Source of the DNA: Xylographa opegraphella | Taxonomy: Eukaryota | DNA: 64,000 nucleotides | NCBI GenBank assembly: GCA_022813865.1 | Contig: JALDZX010000052.1 | Location: 1 to 64,000 of the forward strand | Direction: 5' to 3' | Part shown: piece by piece, positions 25,382 through 39,200 of the stretch | Position numbering within the stretch: the stretch's first letter is position 1 | How the letters are laid out: every line of letters begins with the position of its first letter | Notes under the pieces: generated by a model | Database searches by the model: none | What the model was told of the DNA's origin: nothing | Seen by the model: only the letters and a program-made list of their open reading frames with translations | Position numbers and translations under genes: made by a program

Positions 25382-26980
25382 ATGGCAGCGACAACATCGA
25401 TGCGGCAATCATGTCACCGATGTCACGGCCAGAAACTACGGTGCACAAGCGACACGGGCGCCTGCAGCCGATGCATCGGTCAAGGCTTGCAATGCGTGTA
25501 CAGCTACAGCCTGCCCAAGGGCCGACCAAGCCAGCCCCGCCAAGCAGGAGCCGCTGATCAAACCCTGCCCGCAAACAGAAAATATCCGCCTCTGAAGCGC
25601 CCGGCGGCAACGCCAGCTTCAGCAGAAGGCCGTCAACCCATCTCGGTCCAGCGCAGAAATGCTCCCAATGCTGCAGTTGCTACTACGAAAGCTGCCGGCA
25701 GCCCACCCCATGTCCCGACAAGGATCGATGACAGTACCGACGGAAGTGGCGACCCGGGTTTGGTTGAGGCAATGCCGCTCATGGCTTCGACTTGGCCGTG
25801 GCCTGGCCCCACTGGCTGGAGTGATCTACAATTAGAGGGCAACGAGCAAGTTCAGGATTTGAACGAGTGGGTAGCTTCGATTCACCACCAGAACAACGCG
25901 TTAGTTGACCTCTTTCCCAATCAAAATACGTCGTTCCTAGACCAGACTACTATCGCCCGGGAGGAATGCAAAGGCAACCAGAACATGGGGAGGTCTTCTC
26001 AACACACACTTGGTCTCGCACAAAAGCTATCTGCAGACAGTGATGTCTTGGAGGTAAGCAGTAGCCACAGCGGTACCTACAACGTGAATGCACTGGCCGG
26101 GGACGCCAAGGATCCCAGTGCTGGCATAGCGCAGCTCACGCAACTTAGCACGCGTCTTTACACTCTTCACCGCTTAAGCTGTGCGCTGGTCGGTGCCGCA
26201 AAGTCGCCACCGAGCACTTTATGCAGTGGGGACCTCCCAAGCCAAGCCAAACAAGATCTGGCTGTCGATAGGGGCGTCTTCGGCTTGCTCATGACACGAC
26301 TGTTCCAGGCTTATAGCGATAAGACCTTCTTAACCCGGGCCCCTGAAGTGTCCGAGCCACCAAATATACATGACACCATCCAAGATGCCCTTTCTGCTTC
26401 ATACCGGCTCCGCGAGATCCTGGGCGGTCTGCAAACCAAGCACCAGGCCAGCACCGGTTCCAGTGGCAGATACTCACCCCAGACACCCGTCCCTACTCCG
26501 AAGGGTCCTGGTAGCTCCTCACTGCCCTTCTCGGTCTTCTCGGAGCCGATGCAGGCTGAGCAGGACAACGTCTTGTCGAGGACGGAAAGCCAGTCGTCCG
26601 ATACGGTAGTCCGGCATCTCGCCATGGCGTGCCATGGGATGCTGCTGTCCATCTACACCGCCGTGCTGGGCGTATTGCAGCAAGATGCCGATTCTTTATC
26701 CAGCGCTTCCTGTTTCCAAGGCCCCGATACAGGGCCCAACGCGAAGGTCGTGAAGGACAACGATCCGTTGATCGATGCGCGGCTGGTTGTAATCGTGCAG
26801 CTATGCTCTTATCTAATCAAGCGCCAGCAGCAGGCCGTTGATGCCTACCTTTCGCCCCGCGAGTCACCTACTAGCGCGGTCGAAGGCTTGGCGACGCCGA
26901 CGACGGCCTCACCACCGACCGACCTTGAAGTTAAGCTGCAGGAACGGCTGACACGGCTTCACCAAACACTGCGCATCTGA
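25382..26980 (+). CDS. Zn(II)2Cys6 pathway-specific transcription factor
   Basis: CHRCHGQKLRCTSDTGACSRCIGQGLQC binuclear cluster at N-terminus. Confidence 0.92.
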   Translation: MAATTSMRQSCHRCHGQKLRCTSDTGACSRCIGQGLQCVYSYSLPKGRPSQPRQAGAADQTLPANRKYPPLKRPAATPASAEGRQPISVQRRNAPNAAVATTKAAGSPPHVPTRIDDSTDGSGDPGLVEAMPLMASTWPWPGPTGWSDLQLEGNEQVQDLNEWVASIHHQNNALVDLFPNQNTSFLDQTTIAREECKGNQNMGRSSQHTLGLAQKLSADSDVLEVSSSHSGTYNVNALAGDAKDPSAGIAQLTQLSTRLYTLHRLSCALVGAAKSPPSTLCSGDLPSQAKQDLAVDRGVFGLLMTRLFQAYSDKTFLTRAPEVSEPPNIHDTIQDALSASYRLREILGGLQTKHQASTGSSGRYSPQTPVPTPKGPGSSSLPFSVFSEPMQAEQDNVLSRTESQSSDTVVRHLAMACHGMLLSIYTAVLGVLQQDADSLSSASCFQGPDTGPNAKVVKDNDPLIDARLVVIVQLCSYLIKRQQQAVDAYLSPRESPTSAVEGLATPTTASPPTDLEVKLQERLTRLHQTLRI

Positions 26981-27704
26981 AACTGTGGTGAGACCAGGGC
27001 GGAGACGCGTGGCTACACTGTAGCCTGGCATTCTGTGAGCCGCCTAGCCCCAGAACACAGAGTCAGGACACCTCGGAAGGTTTTGAGGCATAGCGTAAGC
27101 GGGGACGACCAGCATTCCCCGTTCATCTCTGAATCTTACACCGGTCGAGGACCCGCAATGGTCTCTATGGGGAAAATGTATTTCCTATCCATATAATTTC
27201 GAATAGCCAAAACCTCGGTGGAGAAAGCCACTCCTCTTTCCGTCGCTCATGCATGTTGCCTAGGTACGGACGGCCTGTGTCTATCATGCCTAGGTATTGT
27301 ACTTTAACTCCCTCCTTCTCCCTCTCCCCAGCGGCACATGAGGGTTCGATTAAGGTTGCATTAGTTCGGCTGCGCTCTCCCCTTGGTTCCGGTTGCGCTA
27401 GGGTTGGCCTCCATTACCTTAGCCTTGATCACGCATCCAAACATTTCAATCGATACACGTATTCGCTCGTATTCTCATGTAACTTCTTGCAAGTGAACAT
27501 CAAGGGTAATTAGAGGCCAGCAACCAGGGCATGTCAACGCTACGCCGTAAGCCGATCCGAGGTGGCCTGACTCTGCCGATCCATCGGGTGAACCTTCTGT
27601 GCAGCCAAGTCGATCCTGCTGTTTGGAATCCGTCGGCCGAGAGGTGACGATGCTCAGCTCACACACTTTATGGGCATGCCAGCGTGACATTCCAGCTGTG
27701 TAGA

Positions 27705-27713
27705 AAATCGCCG
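27705..27713. promoter_or_regulatory. Putative cluster-regulator site AAATCGCCG upstream of Gfo/Idh/MocA gene
   Basis: Exact motif copy. Confidence 0.5.
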
Positions 27714-28212
27714 GCGGTATGCAGGATTGCAATGCATGCAAGCCTGCAACAGCCGGACCGTCCTCCGCCGCAGTGGCCTCACACCGGCGCGCGGGACACC
27801 CCAGCCACCCGCCGCCGGCTCTGCGATTGGGCTAGCATGGCCTACCATGGCCTAGTGTGGGCTAGTGGCCGCCTGCCGCCGGCCGCCGAGCCGATTGCGT
27901 GACAATGACCTGAGACGCGTGCCGCATTTTCATAATTCGATAAGGTATACGGACCGTACTTACCAATCCCTATGCTGATCCCTAACCTTCACAATTCGGC
28001 ATGGTTACCAATCCAATGTTGATCCCACTTTGTGCTCAGCCGGTCACAGGCCATTCGTCAGCCTTCCACGACTCAGATGCGCATCCAGGAATGCCTAAGG
28101 TGTTAAGGCCTCCGCTTGCTTCGCTCCTGGCTTCTGATAAAGTCGCTGGCTGTGAAGTGATAGCCACCCACTTGTTCACACTCTCGCTCACCGTCCAGAA
28201 ACAATCTCCATC

Positions 28213-29560
28213 ATGTATGCGTTGTTGAGCCGCATATACACGGCCTTTGGCCCGCCGAAAGCAGATAAGGTCGATGGTGCTATCAGGTTCGGCGTGCTAG
28301 GGGCTGCCAAGATTGCGTGACGTTTCCCCAGCCTGAGCTATGCACGAGTGTATCGCTGACTCTGATCAGGCCGATGGCGATAATCACGGCAGCGTTGTCA
28401 CATCCCGAAGTCATTGTGCAGGCCGTCTCCGCTCGGGATCGGACCCGGGCAGAGGAATTCGCGAAAAAGCACGGCATTCCCGAGGTCAGAGACACATATC
28501 AGGGTATGTCTGGACTCTCGAAGGCCGTGGCATGGCCACCAATTTGGGGTATTTCTCATGACTGTGTCTAGATATCCTTGACGACCCCAACATCGACGCC
28601 ATTTTCATCCCTTTACCCAACAGTCTACATTACGAGTGGGCCGTCCGCTCCATTCGCGCTGGCAAGCATGTCTTGCTCGAGAAGCCGTCGGTCAACAATC
28701 AGAACGAGGCTGAACGGCTACTCAACATGCCGGAGCTGTCCCAGCCCAACGCTCCTGTCGTATTGGAAGCCTTTCACAGCCGCTTCCACCCCGCGCTGCA
28801 AAAGTTCCTGTCCTTCGTCGACGGCCCCAATGTTGTGCACGTCCACACCGACTCCATGGTTGCGTCCTGGCTGACGGCCAAGGACAACATCGAGTTTAAC
28901 TACAAGCTCGGAGGCGGCAGCATGATGATGCTGGGCACGTACAACTTCGCCTTTTTGCGCATGATCTTCGGCGCCGAGCCCGAGGAGTGTCTGAACGTCG
29001 ACACCAGCACCTTTGGCGACGGCATTCACGACCAATGCGACACCGACTTCAAGGCAAAGTTCCCCTTTCCCAACGGCGGCATTGGCGAGGCCACGTCGAC
29101 GCTGCGCGGCCCGTACTGGTGGAAGCCATCCGAAGCCAGGGTCACGCACAAGGAGGTCGTCGTGCCCGACAAAACGCTTCCCAGCACCCAGGAAATGACG
29201 CGCACGCGGGTGGCAACCATGCACGGTATGATGCATGCCATCGTGTGGCACCGCATCGACATCAAGGACTCGTATATCATCCGTGACAAGGTCGATGGCT
29301 CCCCGATCAAGCAGTGGACCGAGTCTGCCTCGCACAAGGCCTACACTTTCAAGGAGGCCGGTGGCGAGTTTGCCAGCCTTCCCGGTGAGGCGTGGTGGAT
29401 GTCCTACCGTTTCCAGCTGGAGCAGTTCGTGAATCGGGTCAAGGGTCGCAAGACGCAGTACTGGGTTACGGCGCAGGACTCGATCGACCAGATGAAGATG
29501 GTTGACATGGCATATGGAAAGAGCGGACTGGGACTGCGTCCTACCAGTGAGTTTCGGTGA
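28213..29560 (+). CDS. Gfo/Idh/MocA-family NAD(P)-dependent oxidoreductase (3 exons)
   Basis: IRFGVLGAAKIA, IPLPNSLHYEW, GKHVLLEKP, EAFHSRFHP, LGGGSMMMLGTY. Confidence 0.9.
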
Positions 29561-30260
29561 TGGGAGAGGGCACCTATGTAAGATAGCTTCTTAGAGATCG
29601 ATAGAGTCCGTTGTAGGATACGTATGCAGATACCGGTACATTTGATGTGCGATACCAATCTCATGCTTTGTCCGCTAAGCCTTTCATGGTCGTCCTCGGG
29701 CCTTGAGGAGAGGTTGAAGTGATCCCAATTAAACTTCGGGTCCGGTCCCCATCCTTGTATCTTAGGTATCTATCTACCTTACCTGATAAGGTAACTTGAC
29801 TAAGCGCGCTCATGACTAGCCCACGTCGCTGTATCCCAGCGTTGCTTTAGTCTCAAGACTTGTTTACGATCGGTTTTCAACCTGCATTGTCGCCCAATGA
29901 TCGGTTCTACTTCACTAAATATGGGGCTTCGAAATAAGTGGAGGCTTCAGATTGCTAGATGCGCGCATTCTGTTGATCTCAATGCATGTGCCGCACCGAA
30001 ACCATCTGATCTGGGCCATGTTGGCTTGCATCACCATGCCCGACCACAGCGGTGAGCCAGGAGCTCGATCATCTATACAACCGGACTGAAACAACGCACA
30101 CTTCAAGTGGATCTTTGAATACTACATTATGTTATCCGAAGCAAAGACCATAAATTTCTAGAGTGGAATGCATATCTAAGAATGCAGAAGCCGATGAAGA
30201 GTATTAACAGAAGCAATGATGTATGATAGAGGTATGTGCTCAAGATATCAAGACATCTCT

Positions 30261-31847
30261 TCAATTATTGTAGGGCAGCTTGTACCCAGGAACTCGAGAC
30301 TGCCAGAGCCCATTCGGATCATATTTCTTGCTGGTTGCCCACAGGCCTGCCACATTTTTGGCGCCGTAGGTGCTGATAGGGTTCTGAGTCACGTCGGCGT
30401 AGTTGAGGTACTTGAACCCGATCAACAGGCCGGCCCGCTGGAGGACGGCCTCTTGATGGCTGACAATAAACTGCATAGCATTCGTCACGGTGCTATCGTC
30501 GGCCACGTTGGCCCAGGCACCGGTAAAGACCATCAAGACCAAGTTGGTGTCGAGGACCGGCAGACCGAGCGAGTTGGTCCCGTTGGTCACAGGCATGGGT
30601 TGAATGAGGAATTGGATTTCCAGGCCTTCGGTCTTGGCGATCTTACCGATGCCGGTCTGCAAAATCTGGAAAAGCCGCGAGTAAATGGCTGCGGCACCGT
30701 TGGAGAAGGCGTACACGAGCTCGAAGGAGCTAGGAAAGGCCCGAGAGTCAACGTCTATATGCTTTGGATAGCAAAAGAGGCCAGAGAAAACTTACCGGGG
30801 AATGGTCAAGGGTACGACGCTTCCGTCCAGGTTGACACGATCCGCTACGGTGGTGAGGTTCAAGGACTGGGATGTGATGCCCGGAATGCTGGTAAAATTG
30901 GCAAAGACGGGTGGGTTGGCCACTGCCTCGGAGTAAAAGATGGTGTTCTCGAGGAAGAAGGACCCATTGAGGAAGCCGATAAGGACGCCAACGTCGGCGG
31001 CATTGTCGACGTTCTCAGGAAGCATGAAGTCAGAGAAGGCCTGAGCTTGGGCTTGGAGGACCGCCGGAGTGAATTCGAGCGCTTGAGTGCCGCCCCACAT
31101 GAGCGACAAGGGGTAAGTCGCCAAGTCAAAGCGGGTAATGATAGCAAAGTTGTTCGACCCTCCCTTGAGAGCGAGCCAGAGGTCCTCGTTCTCGTCCTCC
31201 GAAGCGTACGCAACCTGGCCGCTGGCGAGTACCACTTCGTACCCGAAAATGTTATCGCAGCCAAAGCCGTGGCGGCGGGAGAGGAAATTTTTGCCGCCGC
31301 CGCTGAGGAAGCCGCCAGCCGCAGGGCCGGGCACGCGAGCCCCGATCACGGTCAGGTTGTGCGGCACCAGCTGTGGATATACCTCGGCAAAGTTTGTGCC
31401 AGCGCCAACCGAGGCGTTTTTCCGGTCCGCACTCAGCGAGAACGAGGCAAGGCTGCGCATATCGACCGTCACGCTGCCGTTCGCGTTGGCCGCTCCTTGC
31501 CATAGTGTATGGCCTCCGCTGCGCACCGCAAACAGAGGCTGGGACAAGGAGCAGCCCTTGCTGCACGGGTCGTTGGCAACCGCCAACTTGACGAAGTTCG
31601 CGACGTCATTTGCCGATGTGGGCCTGAAGACACAGCTGGGCACTACCTCTCGCTCCTGCGCCGTGTAGTAGCTTGACTGCGAGTTTTCGTATTCGGTACT
31701 GTTGGCGAAACCGACCTTGCCAGGGAACTCTGCGTCCACGACGTGGCAGAGGTCTACTTTGGATGTGACCGTAGGTATTGCAGAGGTTACAGGCAGGACG
31801 AGTCCGGTGAGGCCGATGGCACCAAGGAGGGTACGGCCAAGAAACAT
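30261..31847 (-). CDS. Secreted FAD-linked oxidase (BBE/VAO-like), 2 exons
   Basis: Signal peptide MFLGRTLLGAIGLTGLVLPVTSA, FAVRSGGH covalent-FAD motif, GGFLSGGG, DLWLALKGGSNNF, YLNYAD, KKYDPNG. Confidence 0.9.
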
Positions 31848-32729
31848 GGCTGGCTGGCTGACGGAAACCTGTCGTGATGTAACGGTCTGAAGTTCCCAAG
31901 GATATAGTATTTGAATAGAATGCTGTGGATTGGCCCTGAGTGTTTTGTTATTTTTGCGTCGAAACAATGGCCCTCTAACACTATTATAGGTACCATGGAG
32001 CCGTGTAGCACCTCGGTGTCCTGGTCAAGTGCCATGGTTGCCTTACTCAGAAGCCTTCGAAGAAATGACTGCGCCGTCGGAGATTATTCGCTTGAACGTC
32101 GTCGATCATCCAGCCCGCGCACTCGTACCAAATGCAACGCAGCCAAACTACCACGTGGTAACGCCGCGGAAGGATCAGAACGCCCCCACAAGCTGCATCC
32201 CATGCCGGCATCAGAGGTTCCTCATTCGTCCTGGCTGGCTTTCCTTTCTTCCGGCGGCGTAGCGATCAGCAAGTGGCGTAGATCGGAAATCGAAGGACGG
32301 GGATGAAAAGAACGCGGAAGATTCCTCAAACGTACTGTTGATGCTTGTGATTTGCTACCGATGTGGTAAGTAGACAGGGTCAGGCTTCAAGCGCGAGGCT
32401 CTGCTGGAAAATACACATGATTCTCAGGTGAAACAGCTGAGAGTTACCAGTCATATCGGTTACCTACAGAGCAACGGCCGTACGTTTTTCAATGGAATGC
32501 TGGTTTTGGGTCCTAATACCTGCTTTAACCACACACTGCCAATAATTACAAACGTCAACAGTAAGGTAACTATGCTATGTCATTCGTTGTCTTGGGACTT
32601 CGGACCTCCCCTACGCGACGTCTCTAGTACTCTTGGGGACTAGCGCTTCACTACCCGCGCTGCCGTGGGAGCGCGCTATGTATGAGGCGCCAGACCCTTC
32701 CGGGTGGAGTCTATCGACAGCCCAGCCCT

Positions 32730-32759
32730 AAATCGCCGAACGACGACCTTCGGCGATTA
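32730..32759. promoter_or_regulatory. Inverted pair of putative regulator sites AATCGCCGAA-N8-TTCGGCGATT in oxidase/PKS-NRPS divergent promoter
   Basis: Perfect 10-bp inverted repeat with CGG triplets; third copy AAATCGCCG at 32908-32916. Confidence 0.6.
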
Positions 32760-33242
32760 GTCTATGCCGGGAGAGCCTGACACGACTCGGCGGCAGGGCT
32801 TGGTAGTTTACGGAGTGTCTAGAGCTATTGCTCGTAGCGATGAATACGGTAGATTGTCAGATTCGGACGACATACCGCGAATTCACGGCCAATTGGTGTC
32901 TGCCGCCAAATCGCCGTACAACGAGGGCGATGGCGCAACTTCCGGGTTCGGTGCTCCTTCAAGGGATGAACTTAATCATTCTCAGCAAAATCTGTTTCTC
33001 TACATACTGTCGCCATCAACGACTCGGCCATGCCTAAGGTTCATCATGCTTCTAAGGACTGGGTTATAGAATACATCACGAGAGAGCGCTGAACCGTATG
33101 GATCAAGCAACTCCGCAGGCTCTTCTGAACTTGCGCACCGGTAAATTACAGTCGACGATACCGAGAACAAAGGCCACCGCCATACTTAGACGGTAATCAC
33201 CATATTTACCCAGTTGTCACCAACCTTAGACAGCCGGGAAAG

Positions 33243-36200
33243 ATGACGTTCCAGCGAGCGGAGCCCATCGCAATTGTGGGGAGCGGCTGCCGCTTTCCAG
33301 GAGGAGCAGACTCCCCATCAGCGCTGTGGGAGCTGCTAAAGCAACCCCGTGATGTTGTGCAAGAAATCTCGCCTGTGCGGTTCGACACAACAGGATTTTA
33401 CCACCCGGACGCCAGCCACCATGGCACCACCAACGTCCGGCATGCGTACCTGCTGGAGCAGGACCTGCGCGTTTTTGATGCGCAGTTCTTTTTCCTCAGC
33501 CCCAACGAGGCCGACTCGATCGACCCGCAACAGCGTCTCCTTCTCGAGACGGTCTACGAAGCCCTGGAGGCGGGCGGACACAGTCTCGAAGCCCTCCGTG
33601 GCTCAGACACAGCTGTGTACGTCGGCACCATGGGCGTAGACTGGAACGATATGGTTCTTAGGGATCTTGAAACGATTCCAACATATTTCGCGACTGGGAC
33701 GAACCGGGCCATTATTTCAAATCGGTTGTCATACTTCTTTGATTGGCATGGCCCCAGCATGACGATTGATACGGCCTGCTCGTCCAGCTTGATTGCGGTA
33801 CATCAGGGTGTTCAGGCTTTACGGACGGGTGACTCACGGGTTGCGGTGGCGTGTGGCACTCAAGTTATTCTAGGACCCGGTTCGTTCATCATGTTCATTT
33901 ATTCTTGTCCTTGCGGAGTTCGATAGTCTAGGCCGAGGCTCGGAATCTTGGATGAGTCTGGGACTCGATCTGCCTCTTGTTTGAGACGTCTGATCAAAGA
34001 CCTGCAGAATGCTAACAGCAACTCCCAGAAACATTCATTATAGAAAGCAAAATGAAAATGCTGTCTCCGACGGGCCGCTCACGTATGTGGGACGCAGATG
34101 CGGATGGCTATGCTCGTGGAGAGGGTGTGGCCGCTATTGTAATGAAGCGTCTAAGTGATGCCATCGCTGATAATGATCATATTCAGTGCTTGATCCGCGA
34201 GACCGGTGCCAACCAGGACGGCTATTCGAATGGTCTGACGGTCCCTAGCTCGGTGGCACAGGCGGCGCTGATTCGTAAAACGTACACCACGGCCGGGCTG
34301 GACCTCAACAATCCCGAAGATCGTCCACAGTACTTTGAAGCCCACGGAACGGGAACCAAAGCAGGTACGTGATGAGACAGTACTACGTGCCTTGAAGATG
34401 CTAATATATGCCAGGTGACCCCAAGGAAGCCGGAGCGATTTTTCACTGCTTTTCCAACCAACTTCGCGACACTCGTGCAGGTGCTACCCCTTTGTACGTC
34501 GGATCGGTGAAAACCGTAATTGGTCATACAGAGGGAGCAGCGGGACTGGCAGGCCTCCTGAAGGGCGCCGTGAGTATCCAGAACGGACTTATCCCGCCTA
34601 ATCTTTTGTTCAACCGTTTGAACCCGACCATTGAACCGTTTTACGAGAGCTTGAAAATCCCGACTAGCTTGACGCCATGGCCCGAGCTGCCCGAAGGTGT
34701 CCCGAGACGAGTCAGTGTCAATAGTTTTGGCTTCGGTGGCAGCAACGCGCACGCCATTTTGGAGCAATATGTGGAATCCTCCGTCCCAGGGGCCGGTAGT
34801 GGAGACGATCCTGGTGCGGAGGGACCTGCCACGCCCTTCACGCCCTTCACGCCCTTCACGCCCTTCATTTTCTCTGCCGCATCCGAGCTCTCACTCCTTG
34901 CCCAGCTGCAAGCTTACCGGGATTATCTCAAGACACGTCATGACATCGATCCTGCAGACCTGGCCTGGACGCTGCAAGCACGCAGGAGCCAACTGGCGGT
35001 CAAGGTGGCCTTCTCTGCTGGCAGTATTGCAGAACTCATATCCAAGATTGATGAGAAGCTTGCCGCGACCAACCAGAATAGCAATATTGGAACCCGCTCC
35101 AGCGGCAACGGCACCAAAGCTCGCATACTCGGCGTCTTTACTGGACAAGGCGCACAGTGGGCTGCCATGGGTGCGCACCTGATAAGGGAGTCACCCGGCT
35201 TCGTGGCAAAACGGATTCAAGACCTTGAGGAGTCGCTGGCCACGCTGCCTCCTGCAGATCGGCCGCAGTGGCGTCTCCGAGACGAGATGCTTGCGGATGC
35301 AGATACATCACGCCTTAGCGAAGCAGAACTATCACAACCCCTATGTACGGCCCTTCAGATCGTACTGGTCGACTTGTTACGGAGTGCGGGCATTACATTT
35401 AGTGCCGTGGTGGGCCATTCGTCGGGCGAGATCGCCGCGGCATATGCATCGGGATTTCTCTCAGATCGTGATGCAATCCGTGTGGCCTATTATCGCGGCC
35501 TGTACGCCCGGCTTGCAGGTAGTGACGCGAACGGTAACCCCAGCGCCGTAAAGGGGGCCGGTGCTATGCTCGCGGTTGGGACCTCGCTGGAGGACGCCAA
35601 GGATCTCATCGCCTTGTCGACCTTTAAGGGTCGGCTTGTCATCGCGGCCCACAACTCGTCGGCGAGCCTGACCCTGTCGGGTGACGTAGAAGCTGTCGTG
35701 CTTGCGAAAAAAATATTTGACGAGGAGAAAAAGTTCGCGAGAATGCTCCAGGTGGATAAAGCCTACCACTCGCATCACATGCTGCAGTGCGGCGACCCCT
35801 ATGTGGCCGCTTTACAAGCTTGTGGCGTAAGCGTTCGAGAGGAGCAGAGCAGTGACTGTTCGTGGTTTTCCAGCGTGGTTCCTGCGGAGCAGGCAGTAGA
35901 GCCAGGGGAAGAGCTTCGGGATACTTATTGGCGCGATAACATGACCAAAGCAGTTTTATTTGCCGACGCAGTCAGGAACGTCGTGGCAAGCGACCCCCGG
36001 ATCAGCCTGGCTGTCGAGGTTGGGCCTCATCCAGCATTGAAGGGTCCTGCGACACAGAACATGGCAGATGCGCGGGTGCCAGGTACGGCAGCCATTCCAT
36101 ATTGCGGCGTGCTCAGTCGCGGGCAGAATGACATCGAGACATTTTCGGAGGGTTTGGGCTTTATTTGGACGCAACTGGGTGCGCAGAGCGTTGACTTTAA

Positions 36201-39200
36201 TTCGTACCACAAAGTGGTGTCGGCGGGGACGGCGGCGAGGGATCCGAAGTTGATCACTGATATGCCAACGTATCAATGGAACCACACGAGACGCCACTGG
36301 CATGAATCTCGCCGGTCTCACAAGCTGCGTGCACGGAAGCAGCCTTTCCATGAATTGCTCGGCATTCTGTCCTCCGAATCTACAACCCGTGACTTGCGCT
36401 GGACCAACGTATTGAAGGCGTCTGAAATTCCTTGGCTCGAGGGCCATCAACTCCAGGGCCAGACAGTTTTCCCAGCCGCAGGATACGTGTCCATGGCCCT
36501 GGAGGCAGCTAGCCATGTTGCTGCATGCAGAAAGTCACCGGTGGAGCTTTTCGAGCTCCATGATCTGGCCATCCCGAAGGCCATTGCATTCGACGATAAC
36601 GACAACACCGGCGTCGAGACGCTCGTCACGCTGACCGGGGTTCATCACGACGGCGCTAATATTATTACGGCCGACTTTTCGTGCTATTCCTGCCCCAGCT
36701 TCGGCTCGACCGGCGCATCGGAGGCGTCCGATATGGACCTTATGGCAAGCGGTACAGTCAGGACGGTCCTGGGTACTCCTGATGCCGCAGCTTTATCTTC
36801 TGCTCCAGCGCCTGACATTTCCAACATGGGCGATGTCGACGCTGACCGTTTTTACTCTTCCCTTGTTGAGCTCGGATACGGCTACACGGGTCCATTCCGA
36901 ACCCTTTCATCGATTAAGCGAAAGCTCAACCAGTCCTCGGCGCTGATATCAACGTACTCGTACGACAATGAACATGACACCCCCTACCTTGTGCATCCCT
37001 CCATGCTAGATGTCGCATTCCAGGCCGCTATCCTGGCTTACTCAGCACCCGCGGACGGGCGCCTGTGGTCGCTGCACGTGCCTACCGCCATTGGGCGGAT
37101 CCGCGTCAATCCTGAGCTTTGCACCGCCTTACCGCTTTCTGGAACAGTTGTTCCTGTGTGGTCCACCATAACAGGCGGGAACGGAGTTCGAGAACCCTGC
37201 AAGGCCAGCATTGACATTTTGGGTTATAATGCTAGTACTAGCAGCAGCAGCATGATCCAAGTTGAGGATCTGATCATAAAGCCCTTTGCCCCGGCAACCG
37301 CGGCTGATGACCGTCGCCTGTTTTCGTACACAAAGTGGCATATCGCAGGGCCGGACGGGCCTGCGGCCGTGCACAATATGCGTCCCTCGAACGGACAGGT
37401 TGACCTAGCCCGGATTTTAGAGAGAGTCGCCCTTTTCTACCTTGCCAAGTGGAAGGCTGAGCTCACCGACGTCGAGTGGGCCAACGGCCAGCCACACCAT
37501 CAAAACCTGCGCGACTATGTGAATCATATTCTCAATACTGTGATCAGCGGGCAACATCCGTACGTCAAGCAGGAATGGCTGAGTGATGTGGCTGAGGATA
37601 TTTCGGGATTTATTGCAAGGTACGTCTCCAAATGTATCGTGGTTGGTAGTGGTGGCGCGAGGGACTGTGTGGCAAGGAACCTTGCTAACAGGGGCTTGGG
37701 ATGGCCAGATACCCGGATGTAGTCGACCTTCAACTCATCTCGGCCGTGGGCGAGAACATGGTGGCCGCTATCCGTGGCGAGACTACGATCTTAGAACACA
37801 TGTTGTCCAGGAACATGCTTGACGAGTTTTACGCGAATGGCGTCGGCCTCGCGCCTATGAACCAAGCATCTGCTGCTTTGGTAAAGCAAATCACGCATCG
37901 CTATCCTCATGCACGGATTCTAGAAATTGGTAAGTGACGCCTTGCTTCCGTCTTGAGTCTACACACTCACGCTCATGGCGCACAGGCGCGGGCACCGGCG
38001 GTACCACCAAAACGGTATTAGCCGCCATCGGTACCACTTTTTCGTCTTACACCTACACTGACGTCTCAACGGGTTTCTTTGACAAGGCAGCTGAGGTGTT
38101 TGAAGCCTACAGCAACAAGATGACGTTCAAAGTGCTGGATGTTGAACGCTCGCCAGCTAGCCAGGGCTTCGAGCTAGGTTCGTACGACGTGATCATCGCC
38201 TCCAACGTGCTACACGCGACCGTGGTGTTGCAGCGCACGCTCGAGAACACCCGGCAGCTTTTAAAGCCCGGCGGCTGGCTGGTGCTGGCGGAGCTGACCG
38301 ACAAAGGCCCGGTGCGATTCGGCACGATCATGGGTGGCCTCCCGGGGTGGTGGCTCGGTGTGAACGACAGGCGCAAGTACTCACCTACGTTGACTCCCCG
38401 CGAGTGGCATGCCGTGCTGCGGAAGGCCGGCTTCGGAGGGGTGGATGCCGTGACGCCGGAGATGGATGTGTACGCGACATGGCCTTTTTCCATTATCGGG
38501 GCGCAGGCTGTGGACGAGCGCATCAACCTGCTGCGGCGACCGTTATTGGCGACCGCGGCGTCGACCACGTCTGCGTTTATGAAGCACGATAGTGTCGTTA
38601 TCCTAGGTACCCAGAGTCTCGAAAGCGCCCGCATCGCTGAGGAGCTAGCCGAATATCTGTCGCGCTTCAGCGATCGCGTCACCATCCTCGACGGCCTGCC
38701 GACCGAGGAGCAGGCGCAAACCCTCGAGCCGACGAGCACTTTTATCAACCTGGTAGATCTGGACGAGCCTATCTTCAAGGGTATCACGGCAGCGCGGATG
38801 GAAGGGCTCAAACGCGTGTTCGAGCTGGCCCGGCATATGCTGTGGGTCACCCACGGCGCCATCACGGCCGACAACCCCTACCACATGGCCAGTGTTGCCT
38901 TCCGCCGCGTCATGAGCAACGAGGCTCAACACATCGGACTGCATCATTTGGATCTGGCCGACCTAGCCGCGGACAAAAACGTGTCCAAGGCGATCGCCGA
39001 GCACCTTTTGCGCCAAGCAGCTCTGGACGAGTGGGAGCGCGAGGCACCCGCGACCGACGCCAAGATTCGGCGTTATCCCTTCTTGTGGTCTAAGGAGCCC
39101 GAGGCCTTCCTCAACAAGCACGGGAAGCTATTGATTCCGCGCCTGATGTACAATGATGCTCAGAATGCCCGCCTGAACTCATCCCGGCGCACCATCACCC

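Noticed and set aside
30216..31505. 429-aa plus-strand ORF
   Set aside because: Antisense shadow of the FAD oxidase; no motifs. Same for other long antisense ORFs in GC-rich genes (e.g. 23428-24282, 38107-38874, 50401-51123)
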